The position numbers and the translations under genes were made by a program. The notes under the pieces were generated by a model. The model did no database searches and was not told where the DNA came from. It saw only the letters and a list, made by a program, of their open reading frames with translations. DNA of 64,000 bases. It comes from Candidatus Binatia bacterium. Its GTDB lineage: Bacteria; Desulfobacterota; Binatia; Bin18. The stretch covers positions 32,001 through 96,000 of the forward strand of contig CAXXHG010000018.1 of the NCBI GenBank assembly GCA_963666315.2. Reading direction: 5' to 3'. Of the stretch, positions 7,679-17,940 are shown one piece after another; position 1 is the stretch's first letter, and the number at the start of each line of letters is the position of its first letter.

Positions 7679-9832
7679 CTACGGGTTCTTGCGGTTCTCG
7701 CGATTCTCGAGCCAGATAAATTTGCGCTCATCTACCCGCGCTAGCCGATTGGCAGGAACGAAGAGCGTGGTTGCCGGGTGTTCGATAACTGCGAGGCCTT
7801 CGATGATATTCCCTGGCTGGAGCGTATCCATGTCAAGAATACGAGCAGTTTGCCAGCCCCCGTCGGAATAGAGCCGCCGCGTCCCCCGCTCCGCTTCCAG
7901 CGGTGGGGTCGGGCCCTGGAGCTCGTGGATGGGCAGCTCCGGCTTGCGCGTCTCAATGGAGGCCACCAGGGCCAGCTGCAAGATGGCGTACCCGGCCTTG
8001 GGATACTTTGCCGCCTTGGCGAACATCTTGGTATACAAGTCCTCAAAACTCTCGATCAAGCGGTCGACATCCTCGGCTGTCGCCGTCCACTCCCCCTCAA
8101 TCGGAACCTCCACATCATCCAACTGGCCGCCGTAGCGCACAAAGGCGATGCGCTTATAGAACACTTGTCCGAGGTCCATTTCTTCGCGCTGGAAGCTGTC
8201 GCGTGCCTCGGCTTCAAGGGTATCCCACAGCTTCGAGAGCCCGGCGGCGACCGTCTGCTTGGCCGCCTTGTCAGCGCCCCGGGGGATGCTGAACAGGCAG
8301 GAGCGCGTATAGCGGTGAGAATAGTCGGTCGTCGTGCAGCCAAAGGCGGAAAAGGCGGCGGCAAAGGGAAAGGTCACAACGCCCTGAAAGGGCAGGTTGT
8401 CGGAGACCCCGGCCAAGATCAGCGGGCCCGCGCCGCCGTACCCCATGATGATGTAATCGGCGATAGCGGCACCCCGTACGCGAATCGCGCGCTTGGTCGC
8501 CTCCTGAGCCATTTGTAGCCAGAGCTTGATGACACCGTCGGCGCACTCGTGGACTTCGAGTCCCAAGGGGTCAGCGATCTGGGCTTTGAGTTCCCGCTAC
8601 GCGGCAAGCAGATTCAGGATGATCTTGCCACCCAGGAAGTTATCTTTATTGAGATGGCCGTTAATCGCCAGGCAGTCGGTAATCGTGGGTTGGAGATTGC
8701 CACGATCGAAGCAGACCGGACCAGGGTTAGCACCGGCGCCTTCTGGTCCCATCACAATGCGATTGGTAATCGGGTCAACCGACAAATACAGCCCGGCTCC
8801 ACCCCGAATGCTGTCCAGCACGATACTCGGCAGATTGAGTCGGAAACGCGCAATTTCGGGTTCGTTGTTGAGATCGACGGTCCCATTGGTAATCAAGCCG
8901 AAGTCGTAGCTCGTCCCACCCATATCTACGGCAAGTACGTTCTTGGCACCCAGAAGCCGGGACACGAACTGGGCGCCCAAGATGCCGCCTATGGGGCCCG
9001 AGATCAGGGTCTCGTGCAGTCGAGGGTGGCGGATGTTGGCCAGCCCGCCATAGGACAGCATAGTCGTCATCTGTTTGCGGTAGCCACTCTCCTTGGCCCT
9101 ATTCTCTACATTGTGCAGCTGCTGGCGTACCGGGTCGGCCGCGTATGCCTCGATTGTGGTGGCGTTAACGCGCTGGTTTTCACGGATCACCGGCCGAACG
9201 CGTGAAGACGGATAGATCGGCAGCGTCTGAGCCTGCTGCTCCATCGCCTCCTGACAAATCGCTTCCATACGTTCCTCATTGGCCGGATTGGCGTAGGAAT
9301 GCAAAAAGCAGATGGCGATGCCTTCGATGTCTTGATCCAAGAGTTCGTCGACTGCCCGGCGGGCGTCTTTTTCATACAGGGGGATAACGATGTCGCCGAA
9401 CATATCGGTTCGCTCGGACACGCCCCGGATGCGGCGTCGGGGAACGAGAGGGTCATTGTGGACATGAGTTACGGCGTGCAGGCGGTCGGCGTAGGAATAG
9501 CCTGACCACACTTGTCGCCCTTGCTCCATCAATAAGATGTCTTCAAACCCTTTGGAGACGATCAGTCCGATGCGGCGCCCCGTTCGCGTGAGCAGCGTGT
9601 TGAGCATCGTTGTCCCGGCATAGACCAAAACCTCAAACTGAGAGAACGCCTTCTGCTGATCCAAGCCCCATTGCTCAAAGGCATCCTCGGCGGATTCCAT
9701 AAACCCCTCGGATTCATCCCAGGGGGTGGTTGGGGCTTTGCCGATAACGAAATTGCCCTCGGTGTCGACCACAAAGGTATCTGTCATCGTTCCGCCAGCG
9801 TCCATGGCCAAAGCAAGTACATTCCGCGTCAC
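7679..9832 (-). pseudogene. acxA: Acetone carboxylase beta-subunit-like (hydantoinase A), in-frame TAG at 8597-8599
   Basis: DAGGTMTDTF, SGPIGG, DMGGTSYD, YGGAGP; both ORF halves share one frame across LLAA*RELKAQIADPLG. Confidence 0.85.
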
Positions 9833-10093
9833 GGCGCCACCTTTCTTCCTCTATTAGTGTTTGCAGTGTTGGCAGTGTTGGCAATATTGGAGTAATAGAA
9901 AGAGCCTTCGTTGGAGTCATGCAACAAGACCTCGCTGGAATTATGCGCGTTATGGCTAGCTTGTCCTTGCCACTTCTATCGAAATGTATCCGCCCTCGTG
10001 CAGCGATTACACGATTCGGCTCCCTTAGTAAATACGCTTCATTTATGCTGGGCTGTGATTGTATGTATGCTAACGCCGATTTCATGCGGACCG

Positions 10094-10257
10094 TAGTGCC
10101 GTGTTTACGCTGAAATTGTGCGTTGCGTTATCGCCGCTCCCCTTCGACAAGCTCAGGGCGAACGGAAAAAGAGTCGCCGACCAAGACCCGTTCGTGCTGA
10201 GCCCGTCGAAGCATGAACGCGCGGACGTGCACAAATTCGATGTAGACACGGCAGTAG
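10094..10257. mobile_element. MITE-like inverted-repeat element enclosing a REP doublet
   Basis: Outer imperfect TIRs TAGTGCCGTGTTTAC... / ...GTAGACACGGCAGTAG; inner arms CTTCGACAAGCTCAGGGCGAACGG / CCGTTCGTGCTGAGCCCGTCGAAG. Confidence 0.6.
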
Positions 10258-10297
10258 GTTCACCCACCCTCAGCTTGTCTGCTGAATAAACTACTCA

Positions 10298-10755
10298 ATA
10301 AGCGCCACCAGGGCCTTCGTTCTCGATACGAGCCGGGTGAGTGTCGTTGGAGACAGAAGTATTGGACGTCTCGCTCAAGCCCTTCCCGAAAGAAGGCAGC
10401 AGAATCTCCGGCGTGGGGAAGCTTACGCTCAGCGTTCGAGAGCTGACCAAGGCATTCAAGCTCGGCGGTACGCTCGCCCGGCCTGCACTCGCCATCGACA
10501 CGGTCGGAATCGCCCTGACCGTTGGGAAGGCGGCTGGAGGAACGATCCTGCTCGGACCGGTTGGCATCGCGTCATCCCTCCTGAGTAGTGACGAAGGAGA
10601 TGAGAATCGCTGCCTTGCAGCCCTTGAGACTGCCAAGACAGGCCCGCACGCGTGCGCCCCAGCAGAAGCAGGGTGTAGCCCAACATACGGCCGAGAAAAT
10701 TACCGAAGGAGTCAAAGGTCTCGGGCAAGGGCTCAAGAAGCTCTTGGGAAGATAA
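10298..10755 (+). pseudogene. C-terminal remnant of AsmA-like protein
   Basis: AFVLDTSRVSVVG / TEVLDVSLKPFPK / FKLGGTLARP / DENRCLAAL / GLKKLLGR* spread over different frames, no 5' part. Confidence 0.55.
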
Positions 10756-10795
10756 TACTGCTCCCCCTCCATTATGTCAGGCCTCATGTCCGGTG

Positions 10796-12633
10796 TTACG
10801 CGCCCGTATCAAACAGGTCAGTCGTTTCTGTCTGAAACAGCGCCCAGTCGTTCTCAATCAGATCAATCGAGGCGTTCCAGAAGTCCGCGGCTTCGAGGTC
10901 TACGCCGATACTCTTTGCCGCAATATTTTCTGCGCTATCGCTGCCGGTCAGACGGAGGAGGGCTTCATACCGAGGGAGGAATGCTGGTCCTTCTTTTTTG
11001 GCCAAGGCGAAGATGCCCATGCTGAACAAATAGCCAAACGTGTATGGAAAATTGTAGAAGCTGACATCCGTAATATAAAAATGCAGCTTGGAAGCCCAGA
11101 ACCAAGGGTCGAGTTCGTCTGGGCTAAACAGTCGCCATACCACTCTTGCTGAGCTTCTCGCATGAGTGCTTTCAAGCGACTCACGCTGAGTTCGCCTTGG
11201 GCGCGCTCCGCATAGACCACCTTCTCAAAAGAGAAACGCATCGGAATATTGTGCAAAAATACCGCCCCGTCCTGCATACGGCTGTCGAGCACCAAGGCCC
11301 GCTGTGCAGGTGTCGCTGCCGGGTTGGTGAGGACGGCGTCAGTCAGTAGCTGCTCGGCAAACGTCGAAGCGGTCTCGGCTAGGGTCAATGGATAGCGCCG
11401 TGCCCAGGGACGCATATCGCGCATCAGCCAGCCATGGAAGGCATGCCCAAGCTCGTGGGCAAACGTCGAAATATCGCCCACGGTCTCGTTATACGTCATA
11501 AAAATGCGTGACTGACGAATAATCGATGAGGTGGAACAAAACCCGCCAGGCCGTTTTCCTAGTCGAGGCGAGTAATCGATCCAGTCCTGCTCAAAGTTCA
11601 TTTCTGCAAACCGGGCCAGGTCCAGATAAAAACTCTCGAAGGCGCTGAGGACGCGCGTTCGTGCTTCTGCCCAGTTGACCCGTTCACTGGGCGCAAGCGG
11701 GAGGGATGCCATCAAATTCTGGGAGCCCAGTTTCTCTCGACCGAGCAGCTGCGCCTTACGCTGCAAATAGCGCTGGGCAACGGCTTTACGTGCCGCTGCC
11801 ACGGCCATAATGGTATCCGGCGTTTTCTGGGAAATACCCGCCTCAAACAGGGCGGGTTCGAGGAAATGCGCAATGCCGTGTCGTTTCTAAAGCGTCAGCC
11901 GCGCTCCGGCTATCGCATTCAGGCAGGCGGCCGTCACGTTACTCATCTGCTCCCAGGCACGATTCGCGCCGACCAAGGCAGCTTTGCGGACAGTCGGGCC
12001 AGCATCTCCCAGGAGACTACGCGTCATGGCTACGGGTACGTGCCGCGTTTCCTGTCCTGGAACAACCAGGTCAAATTCGAGCGTTCCGGAAACTTGGTCA
12101 TATAGACGGCCCCAAGCTGACAATCCTGTGGCGTCCAGATCCGCAGCCAGGGCTTCCAGTTCGGGTTCCATACTCCAGCTGGCGCTTTTTCTGAGGCGTC
12201 CAATAAAATAGGTCGCTGCGCTGAGCTCTGGGGCATTCAGAAGAGCTGCGAAAACTTCTTCGTCAGCTTCTTTGAGAGCAGTCCGAATCACTACAAAAAT
12301 TTTGACTAATTCCGCGCGGGCGGCTTTTGCAGCTGCGGTCTCGCGTTGAATCGTTTCGTTGCCTGCGTCCGCAGCACCCATACAGCCGAGATAGGAAGAG
12401 AGATGTCCAGTGCGGGCGGTTATCTCTTCGAGCTTTTGGAGCAGATCGATCCAGACAGGCAGCTGCCCGTGTTCAATCTTCCCCAGCGTGTATACGTGCT
12501 GGAGTAATACGCTCACGTCGGCGGCGAGTGTGTGTCAAAAGGTGCGGTAAGCACCCCCATCCATCTCGCGAAAATACGGGGACATATCCCAGTCCGGAGT
12601 ACGGTCTTCTTGGGCTGCATTCTGATCAGACAT
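10796..12633 (-). pseudogene. M3 family oligoendopeptidase F, disrupted
   Basis: AHELGHAFH, LAETASTFAE, FYNFPYTFGYL; in-frame TGA (12535) and TAG (11887), frameshift near 11125. Confidence 0.9.
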
Positions 12634-12808
12634 CGCCTGTGCTCCTTATCAACGAGATCACAACTTTATCTTGTACCACTTCCGGAAAGAATTGGCCGGG
12701 CTGACTGCAGCAGCGTACCGCTCACGTCCCGCTGCTGTTGACCGCCGCCCCTGTTTCAGACTATGAAGACGGAACTTTCCACGCAAACGACAGAAGGAGG
12801 AATCACCC

Positions 12809-13795
12809 ATGACAGACGCAGCGATAAGCACAGAAAAGCTCCTGGACATGTATCGCACCATGCAGACCATTCGTCAGTTTGAGTCCCGCGTGCGCGATAT
12901 TTTTAAAGAAGGCAAACTGCCCGGCTTCGTGCATGTCTCGATCGGAGAAGAAGCCTCGGCGACCGGCGGCGCAGCCGCACTCACGGTGAAAGACTATATT
13001 ACCAGCACGCATCGTGGTCACGGCCATTTAATTGCCAAGGGCGGCGAGGTGAAACCCATGATGGCCGAGCTGTTCGGCAAAAAGACCGGCTATTGTAAGG
13101 GCAAAGGCGGCTCGATGCATATCGCGAATTTCAGCCTCGGCATCCTGGGTGCCAACGGCATTGTGGGCGCGGGCCTGCCGCTTGCGACCGGAGCCGCGCT
13201 TGCGGCCAAAGTCCGTGGCAGCAGTGAAGTCGCCCTGTGTTTCTTTGGTGACGGCGCGTCAAACGAAGGTACATTCCACGAATCGTTGAATATTGCCTCC
13301 TCCTGGAAGCTGCCCGTTGTCTTTATGTGCGAGAACAATCTGTACGGGGAGTTTACCGCAGGCAAAGATGTCACCTCAGTCAAGGATATTGCCGATCGGG
13401 CACGAGGCCACGATATGCCCGGGGTGGTGCTGAACGGTAACGACGTTGTTGAAGTCTACGAGGCAACTTGTCAGGCGGTTGAGCGTGCGCGCAAGGGCCA
13501 GGGCCCGACTTTACTCGAATGCAAAACCTACCGCTGGGAAGGTCATGTGGTGGGGGAAGAAGCCTTTCTAGGCAAAAAGAGTTATCGACCCGCAGACGAA
13601 ATCGAGGCCTGGAAAAAGCGCTGTCCCTTGCTCACGTTTGAGCAACGTTTTGTACCCGACACCTTTAGTCAGGCGGAAATAGAGAAGGTTCAGGCCGAAG
13701 TTGCGCAGTCTATTGATGAAGCAGTGCAGTTCGCTCAAGACAGCCCATATCCCGAGCCCGAAGAGGCGTTGGAGGACATGTTCTCGGAAGCATAG
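12809..13795 (+). CDS. TPP-dependent dehydrogenase E1 alpha (acetoin/pyruvate type)
   Basis: STHRGHGH, GKGGSMH, FGDGASN...ENN TPP motif. Confidence 0.93.
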   Translation: MTDAAISTEKLLDMYRTMQTIRQFESRVRDIFKEGKLPGFVHVSIGEEASATGGAAALTVKDYITSTHRGHGHLIAKGGEVKPMMAELFGKKTGYCKGKGGSMHIANFSLGILGANGIVGAGLPLATGAALAAKVRGSSEVALCFFGDGASNEGTFHESLNIASSWKLPVVFMCENNLYGEFTAGKDVTSVKDIADRARGHDMPGVVLNGNDVVEVYEATCQAVERARKGQGPTLLECKTYRWEGHVVGEEAFLGKKSYRPADEIEAWKKRCPLLTFEQRFVPDTFSQAEIEKVQAEVAQSIDEAVQFAQDSPYPEPEEALEDMFSEA

Positions 13796-13804
13796 GGGGG
13801 AACC

Positions 13805-14740
13805 ATGCGTGAAATTAATTTTATCCAAGCGATTAATGAAGCACTCGCCGAGGAGCTCCGCCTTGATCCCAAGATATTTATGATAGGGATCGATATCTGG
13901 GTCGGCGCGTTCGGCGCGACAAGTGGATTGACCGACGAATTCGGCAAGGAGCGGATTCTCAACGCCCCGATTTCCGAAGCGGGCTATGCCGGCGCCGGTG
14001 TTGGCGCGGCCATGGCCGGGATGCGGCCGATTGTGGAAATTGAGTTTGCCAGCTTCTTCTACTGCTGCTGGGATCAGGTGTGTAACCAGGCGGCCAAGCT
14101 GCGTTATATGTCCGGCGGGCAGGCGGACGTTCCGATCACGTTTCGCAGTGTGTGTGGAGCGATCGGCTCTGCCGCAGCCCAGCATTCCGAGACCGTGTAC
14201 TCCCAATTTATGAGCGTACCAGGGCTGAAAATCGTTGTGCCGTCCGGCCCACGCGATATGAAGGGCTTACTCAAGAGCGCTATTCGAGACAACAACCCGG
14301 TGCTGGTCTTCGAACACCTCAAGCTGGGCCGGACTAAAGAAGAAGTACCGGATGAGGACTCCGTTATTCCCTTGGGCCAGGCCGAAGTCAAACGCGAAGG
14401 CACGGACTTGACCATTGTCGCTATCGGCTTTATGGTCTCCCAAGCCCTGAAGGCGGCCAAGTCTCTTGAACAAGACGGTATTTCTGCTGAAGTTGTTGAC
14501 CCCCGCACCCTTATTCCACTGGATGAAGAGACGATCCTGGCATCTGTCACCAAGACGCATAAGGTCCTGGTCGTGGATGAAGCGCATCTGCGCTGTGGTG
14601 CTGCGGCAGAGATTGCCGCCGTGATTGCGGATAAGGGCTTCGACAATTTGGACGCGCCCAGCGCAACCGGCCGCGTCCAGAAAGGAATTCATCGTGGCAG
14701 TAGAAGTGGTGATGCCGAAGTTCGGTCTGACAATGACTGA
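13805..14740 (+). CDS. TPP-dependent dehydrogenase E1 beta; C-terminus lost after LDAP
   Basis: APISEAG, GMRPIVEI, AAQHSE, GLKIVVP; homology stops at FDNLDAP and the frame runs into the E2 gene. Confidence 0.85.
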   Translation: MREINFIQAINEALAEELRLDPKIFMIGIDIWVGAFGATSGLTDEFGKERILNAPISEAGYAGAGVGAAMAGMRPIVEIEFASFFYCCWDQVCNQAAKLRYMSGGQADVPITFRSVCGAIGSAAAQHSETVYSQFMSVPGLKIVVPSGPRDMKGLLKSAIRDNNPVLVFEHLKLGRTKEEVPDEDSVIPLGQAEVKREGTDLTIVAIGFMVSQALKAAKSLEQDGISAEVVDPRTLIPLDEETILASVTKTHKVLVVDEAHLRCGAAAEIAAVIADKGFDNLDAPSATGRVQKGIHRGSRSGDAEVRSDND

Positions 14741-15893
14741 AGGTACGATCATGAAGTGGTTCATATCGGAAGGAGATACGATCAAGGCCGGAGAAGCGGT
14801 GTTTGAAGTCGAAACTGAAAAAGTCTTGTACGAAGTCGAAGCCGCGGCAGACGGCACGATCGCCAAGCTCCTGTATCCGCTTGAAGCGGTTGTGACAGTG
14901 GGGCTGCCGGTAGCGGTTATTGCGGAAGCGGGCGAAGATATAGCAGAGATTGCGAGCAAGTATGCAGCCGTACCAGCAGCCCGGGTGATTGCGACGGAAG
15001 CCGTGCCGGCAGCGGCTCCAGTAGCCGCTACGGCTCCAGCTGCGGAGAAGACGCGCGGCCGTGTGCCCGTGACTCCGGCTGCACGCAAGCTGGCCAAAGA
15101 ACATGCTATTGATCTGCCCGGCATAACGGGCACCGGTCCACGCGGCCGGATCACACGCGAAGATGTACAGAAAGTCATTGATACCGGTGGCCAAGCCGCT
15201 GCAGCTGCTCCCGCAGCTGAGGACATTCCGTTACGCGGAATCCGCAAAGTCATTGCCGAACGGATGCATCAAAGCCTGCAAGCTAGTGCCCAGCTCACCA
15301 TCACAACCGAAGTCGACGTCACTCAGCTCATTGATCGGCGCCAGGAAGTCCGCCAAGAGTTTAACGTCACATATACCGACTTCATCCTTCAGGCCTGTGC
15401 CCACGCCCTTAAACAGCACCGCCGCATGAATGCGGCGTTAGAGGGCACGACCATTCAGGTTCATAACCAGATCCACGTCGGCCTGGCCGTCGCGCTGGAT
15501 GAGGGTCTGATTGTGCCGGTCGTTCGCGATGCAGACAAAAAATCACTCAAAGACATTGCCGAAGCATCCAAGGCCCTGGCGGAGAAAGCGCGGGCCGGAC
15601 AGCTGAAGCTTGAGGAAGTCTCCGGCGGTACGTTTACCGTCTCCAACCTCGGCATGTTTGGTGTTGATGCCTTCACCCCAATTATCAATGCACCCCAATC
15701 CGGCATCCTGGGGGTCGGCCGTATTGTTGAAAAGCCGGTGATTTATCGGGGTGAGATCACCAAACGCTCGATGATGGTCTTGAGCCTGACGTTTGATCAC
15801 CGAGTCATAGACGGTGCGCCGGCCGGCGCTTTCCTACAAACCGTGACAGACCTGCTTGCCCACGGCAATAGGATTTCGCTGGATACGAGATAG
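14694..15893 (+). CDS. Dihydrolipoamide acyltransferase E2
   Basis: Lipoyl domain EVETEKV, E3-binding GTGPRGRIT, catalytic FDHRVIDG. Confidence 0.93.
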   Translation: MAVEVVMPKFGLTMTEGTIMKWFISEGDTIKAGEAVFEVETEKVLYEVEAAADGTIAKLLYPLEAVVTVGLPVAVIAEAGEDIAEIASKYAAVPAARVIATEAVPAAAPVAATAPAAEKTRGRVPVTPAARKLAKEHAIDLPGITGTGPRGRITREDVQKVIDTGGQAAAAAPAAEDIPLRGIRKVIAERMHQSLQASAQLTITTEVDVTQLIDRRQEVRQEFNVTYTDFILQACAHALKQHRRMNAALEGTTIQVHNQIHVGLAVALDEGLIVPVVRDADKKSLKDIAEASKALAEKARAGQLKLEEVSGGTFTVSNLGMFGVDAFTPIINAPQSGILGVGRIVEKPVIYRGEITKRSMMVLSLTFDHRVIDGAPAGAFLQTVTDLLAHGNRISLDTR

Positions 15894-15896
15894 TTA

Positions 15897-15927
15897 CCCT
15901 ACCCGGGCGAGGTCACCTCGCCCCTAC
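15897..15927. repeat. REP palindrome; first 19 bp repeated at 17511-17529
   Basis: CCCTACCC-GGGCGAGG-tca-CCTCGCCC-CTAC. Confidence 0.7.
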
Positions 15928-16008
15928 CCCTGTCCCTCTCGATTTAAACTTCCATGCTATCTGGTCGATATCTCAACTAGACAAAACTCAAGTTTTGACT
16001 AGAGAGGG

Positions 16009-17505
16009 ATGCGCATGAGTATGGCAACACAAGAGGAAAAAATACCGAGCCCGAATCTTGGTCAGAACCCGGATGTTCCAGTCCAGCCGGACGTTCCCTA
16101 TGACTATGACTTGATTGTCATCGGTTCAGGTCCATCTGGAGAGAAGGCCGCGGTTCAAGCCGCAAAGCTCCACAAGCGGGTTGCCGTTGTTGAAAAGAGT
16201 CCGTCTTTAGGCGGGGCATGTATACACACTGCCACGCTGCCGAGTAAGACCTTACGGGAAGCCGTGTTGTTTATCTCGGCAATGGAGCGGTGTTCATTTA
16301 GCGGCGTCCATTCCAGCATTAAAAAACGCCAGCTCGGAGTGGCCGAACTGCTCCGGTATAACACCGCCGTCGTTCAGCACCAGGCCGATGTGATCCGACA
16401 CAAATTTGACCGCAATGACATCGATATTCTCTATGGTCTGGCCTCGTTTCTCGATCCGCATCGGATAGCGATTGAAGGCCGGGATGGCTCGCGACGCACG
16501 TGTAGCACGGCAAACGTCATCCTCTCAGTCGGCACCCGTCCAACCCGGCCCGAGGCCATTCCGTTTGATACCGCCCTGGTTTTTGATACGGACACTATCC
16601 TGCAAATGGACCACATTCCGGGCACGATGATTGTGATTGGTGCCGGGGTGGTGGGCTGCGAGTACGCGTCTATCTTTGCCTCGCTGAGAGTCAAGGTCAC
16701 TTTACTCGATAGCCGTCCGGACGTGCTCGATTTTCTCGATCATGAGATTAAGCAGACGCTGCTCTATCGCATGCGCACCTCGGGTGTCATCTTTCGTCTT
16801 GGGGAAGAAGTCGAATCGGTCACTATCACCAGCCCCCAGCGCGCCGAGGCGCACTGCTTGAGTGGAAAAATTGTGGCCGCGCAGAGTGTTTTGCACGCGA
16901 TCGGCCGTATCGGTAATACAGATCAACTCGGCCTGGATGCTCTGGGCTTAGAAGCCAACAATCGTGGTCTGCTCAGTGTGAATGACGACTTTCAGACTGC
17001 CCTCCCGCATGTGTATGCGGTCGGCGATGTGGTGGGTTTCCCCGCCCTGGCTGCGACGGCCATGCACCAAGGCCGTTTGGCCTCAGCCCACGCCTTCCTA
17101 GAGGGTGCAGACAGCCACGATGAACACCATCCCAATGCTCCAACCGCCCCCCTCCCCTACGGGATTTACACCATACCCGAGGTGTCCACAGTCGGCGCAT
17201 CCGAGGAAACGCTGACAAAAGAGCGTGTTCCATATGAAATCGGACATGCCTCTTATCGAGAGACTGCCCGCGCCCAAATCATGGGTGATACGGAGGGAAT
17301 TCTCAAACTGGTCTTCCACCGCGAGAGCCTGCAGTTACTCGGCGTTCACATTATTGGAGAAAGAGCGGCAGAGTTGATCCATTTGGGCCGGGCTATCATA
17401 GCCTACGGCGGGACCATCCAGTACTTCATCGATAATGTCGTCAATTACCCGACCTTATCCGAATCGTATAAAGTCGCGTCCCTGAACGGCTTGAATAGGC
17501 TCTAG
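16009..17505 (+). CDS. sthA: Soluble pyridine nucleotide transhydrogenase
   Basis: GSGPSGEKAA, GGACIHTATLPSKTLRE (CxxxxT), YGIYTIPEVS, NYPTLSESYKVA. Confidence 0.9.
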   Translation: MRMSMATQEEKIPSPNLGQNPDVPVQPDVPYDYDLIVIGSGPSGEKAAVQAAKLHKRVAVVEKSPSLGGACIHTATLPSKTLREAVLFISAMERCSFSGVHSSIKKRQLGVAELLRYNTAVVQHQADVIRHKFDRNDIDILYGLASFLDPHRIAIEGRDGSRRTCSTANVILSVGTRPTRPEAIPFDTALVFDTDTILQMDHIPGTMIVIGAGVVGCEYASIFASLRVKVTLLDSRPDVLDFLDHEIKQTLLYRMRTSGVIFRLGEEVESVTITSPQRAEAHCLSGKIVAAQSVLHAIGRIGNTDQLGLDALGLEANNRGLLSVNDDFQTALPHVYAVGDVVGFPALAATAMHQGRLASAHAFLEGADSHDEHHPNAPTAPLPYGIYTIPEVSTVGASEETLTKERVPYEIGHASYRETARAQIMGDTEGILKLVFHRESLQLLGVHIIGERAAELIHLGRAIIAYGGTIQYFIDNVVNYPTLSESYKVASLNGLNRL

Positions 17506-17544
17506 GGTATCCCTACCCGGGCGAGGTCATGCCGCGCCTCCCAC

Positions 17545-17931
17545 TTACCGTTCCGCTATGACGTGCGCCTCGGCTAACGCAGCGGTGTGGGTGAGCCCCA
17601 GATAGAACTGGCGAATGCCGTGCGTGGCAGCATACTCCTTGGCCTTGCCGTGCAAGACTATCTCGGGCCGCGCGGCGCGCTGGCGTACGACCTCGACATC
17701 CAGCCAACCGATGTAGCGGCCCCAACCCCGCCCAAGCGCCTTCATGGTCGCCTCTTTGGCCGCAAAGCGAGCGGCATAACTCTGATACCGAGCCTTTCCA
17801 CGGCGCTCACAATAGGCCTGCTCCTCAGAGGTAAATACCCGGTCACGAAAACGACGACCCGTTCGCGGACGCTCTAACGCGGTCTGGATCCGGTCGACTT
17901 CCGCCAAGTCATTCCCAATTCCGAAAATCAT
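17545..17931 (-). CDS. acpS: Holo-ACP synthase
   Basis: GIGND, ARFAAKEATMKALG. Confidence 0.93.
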   Translation of the reverse strand: MIFGIGNDLAEVDRIQTALERPRTGRRFRDRVFTSEEQAYCERRGKARYQSYAARFAAKEATMKALGRGWGRYIGWLDVEVVRQRAARPEIVLHGKAKEYAATHGIRQFYLGLTHTAALAEAHVIAER

Positions 17932-17940
17932 CGCGTCTCT

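Noticed and set aside
9890-10090. Sigma54 promoter for the acx-like operon
   Set aside because: The best candidate TGGCAAGGACAAGC has GG-N9-GC spacing rather than the required N10.
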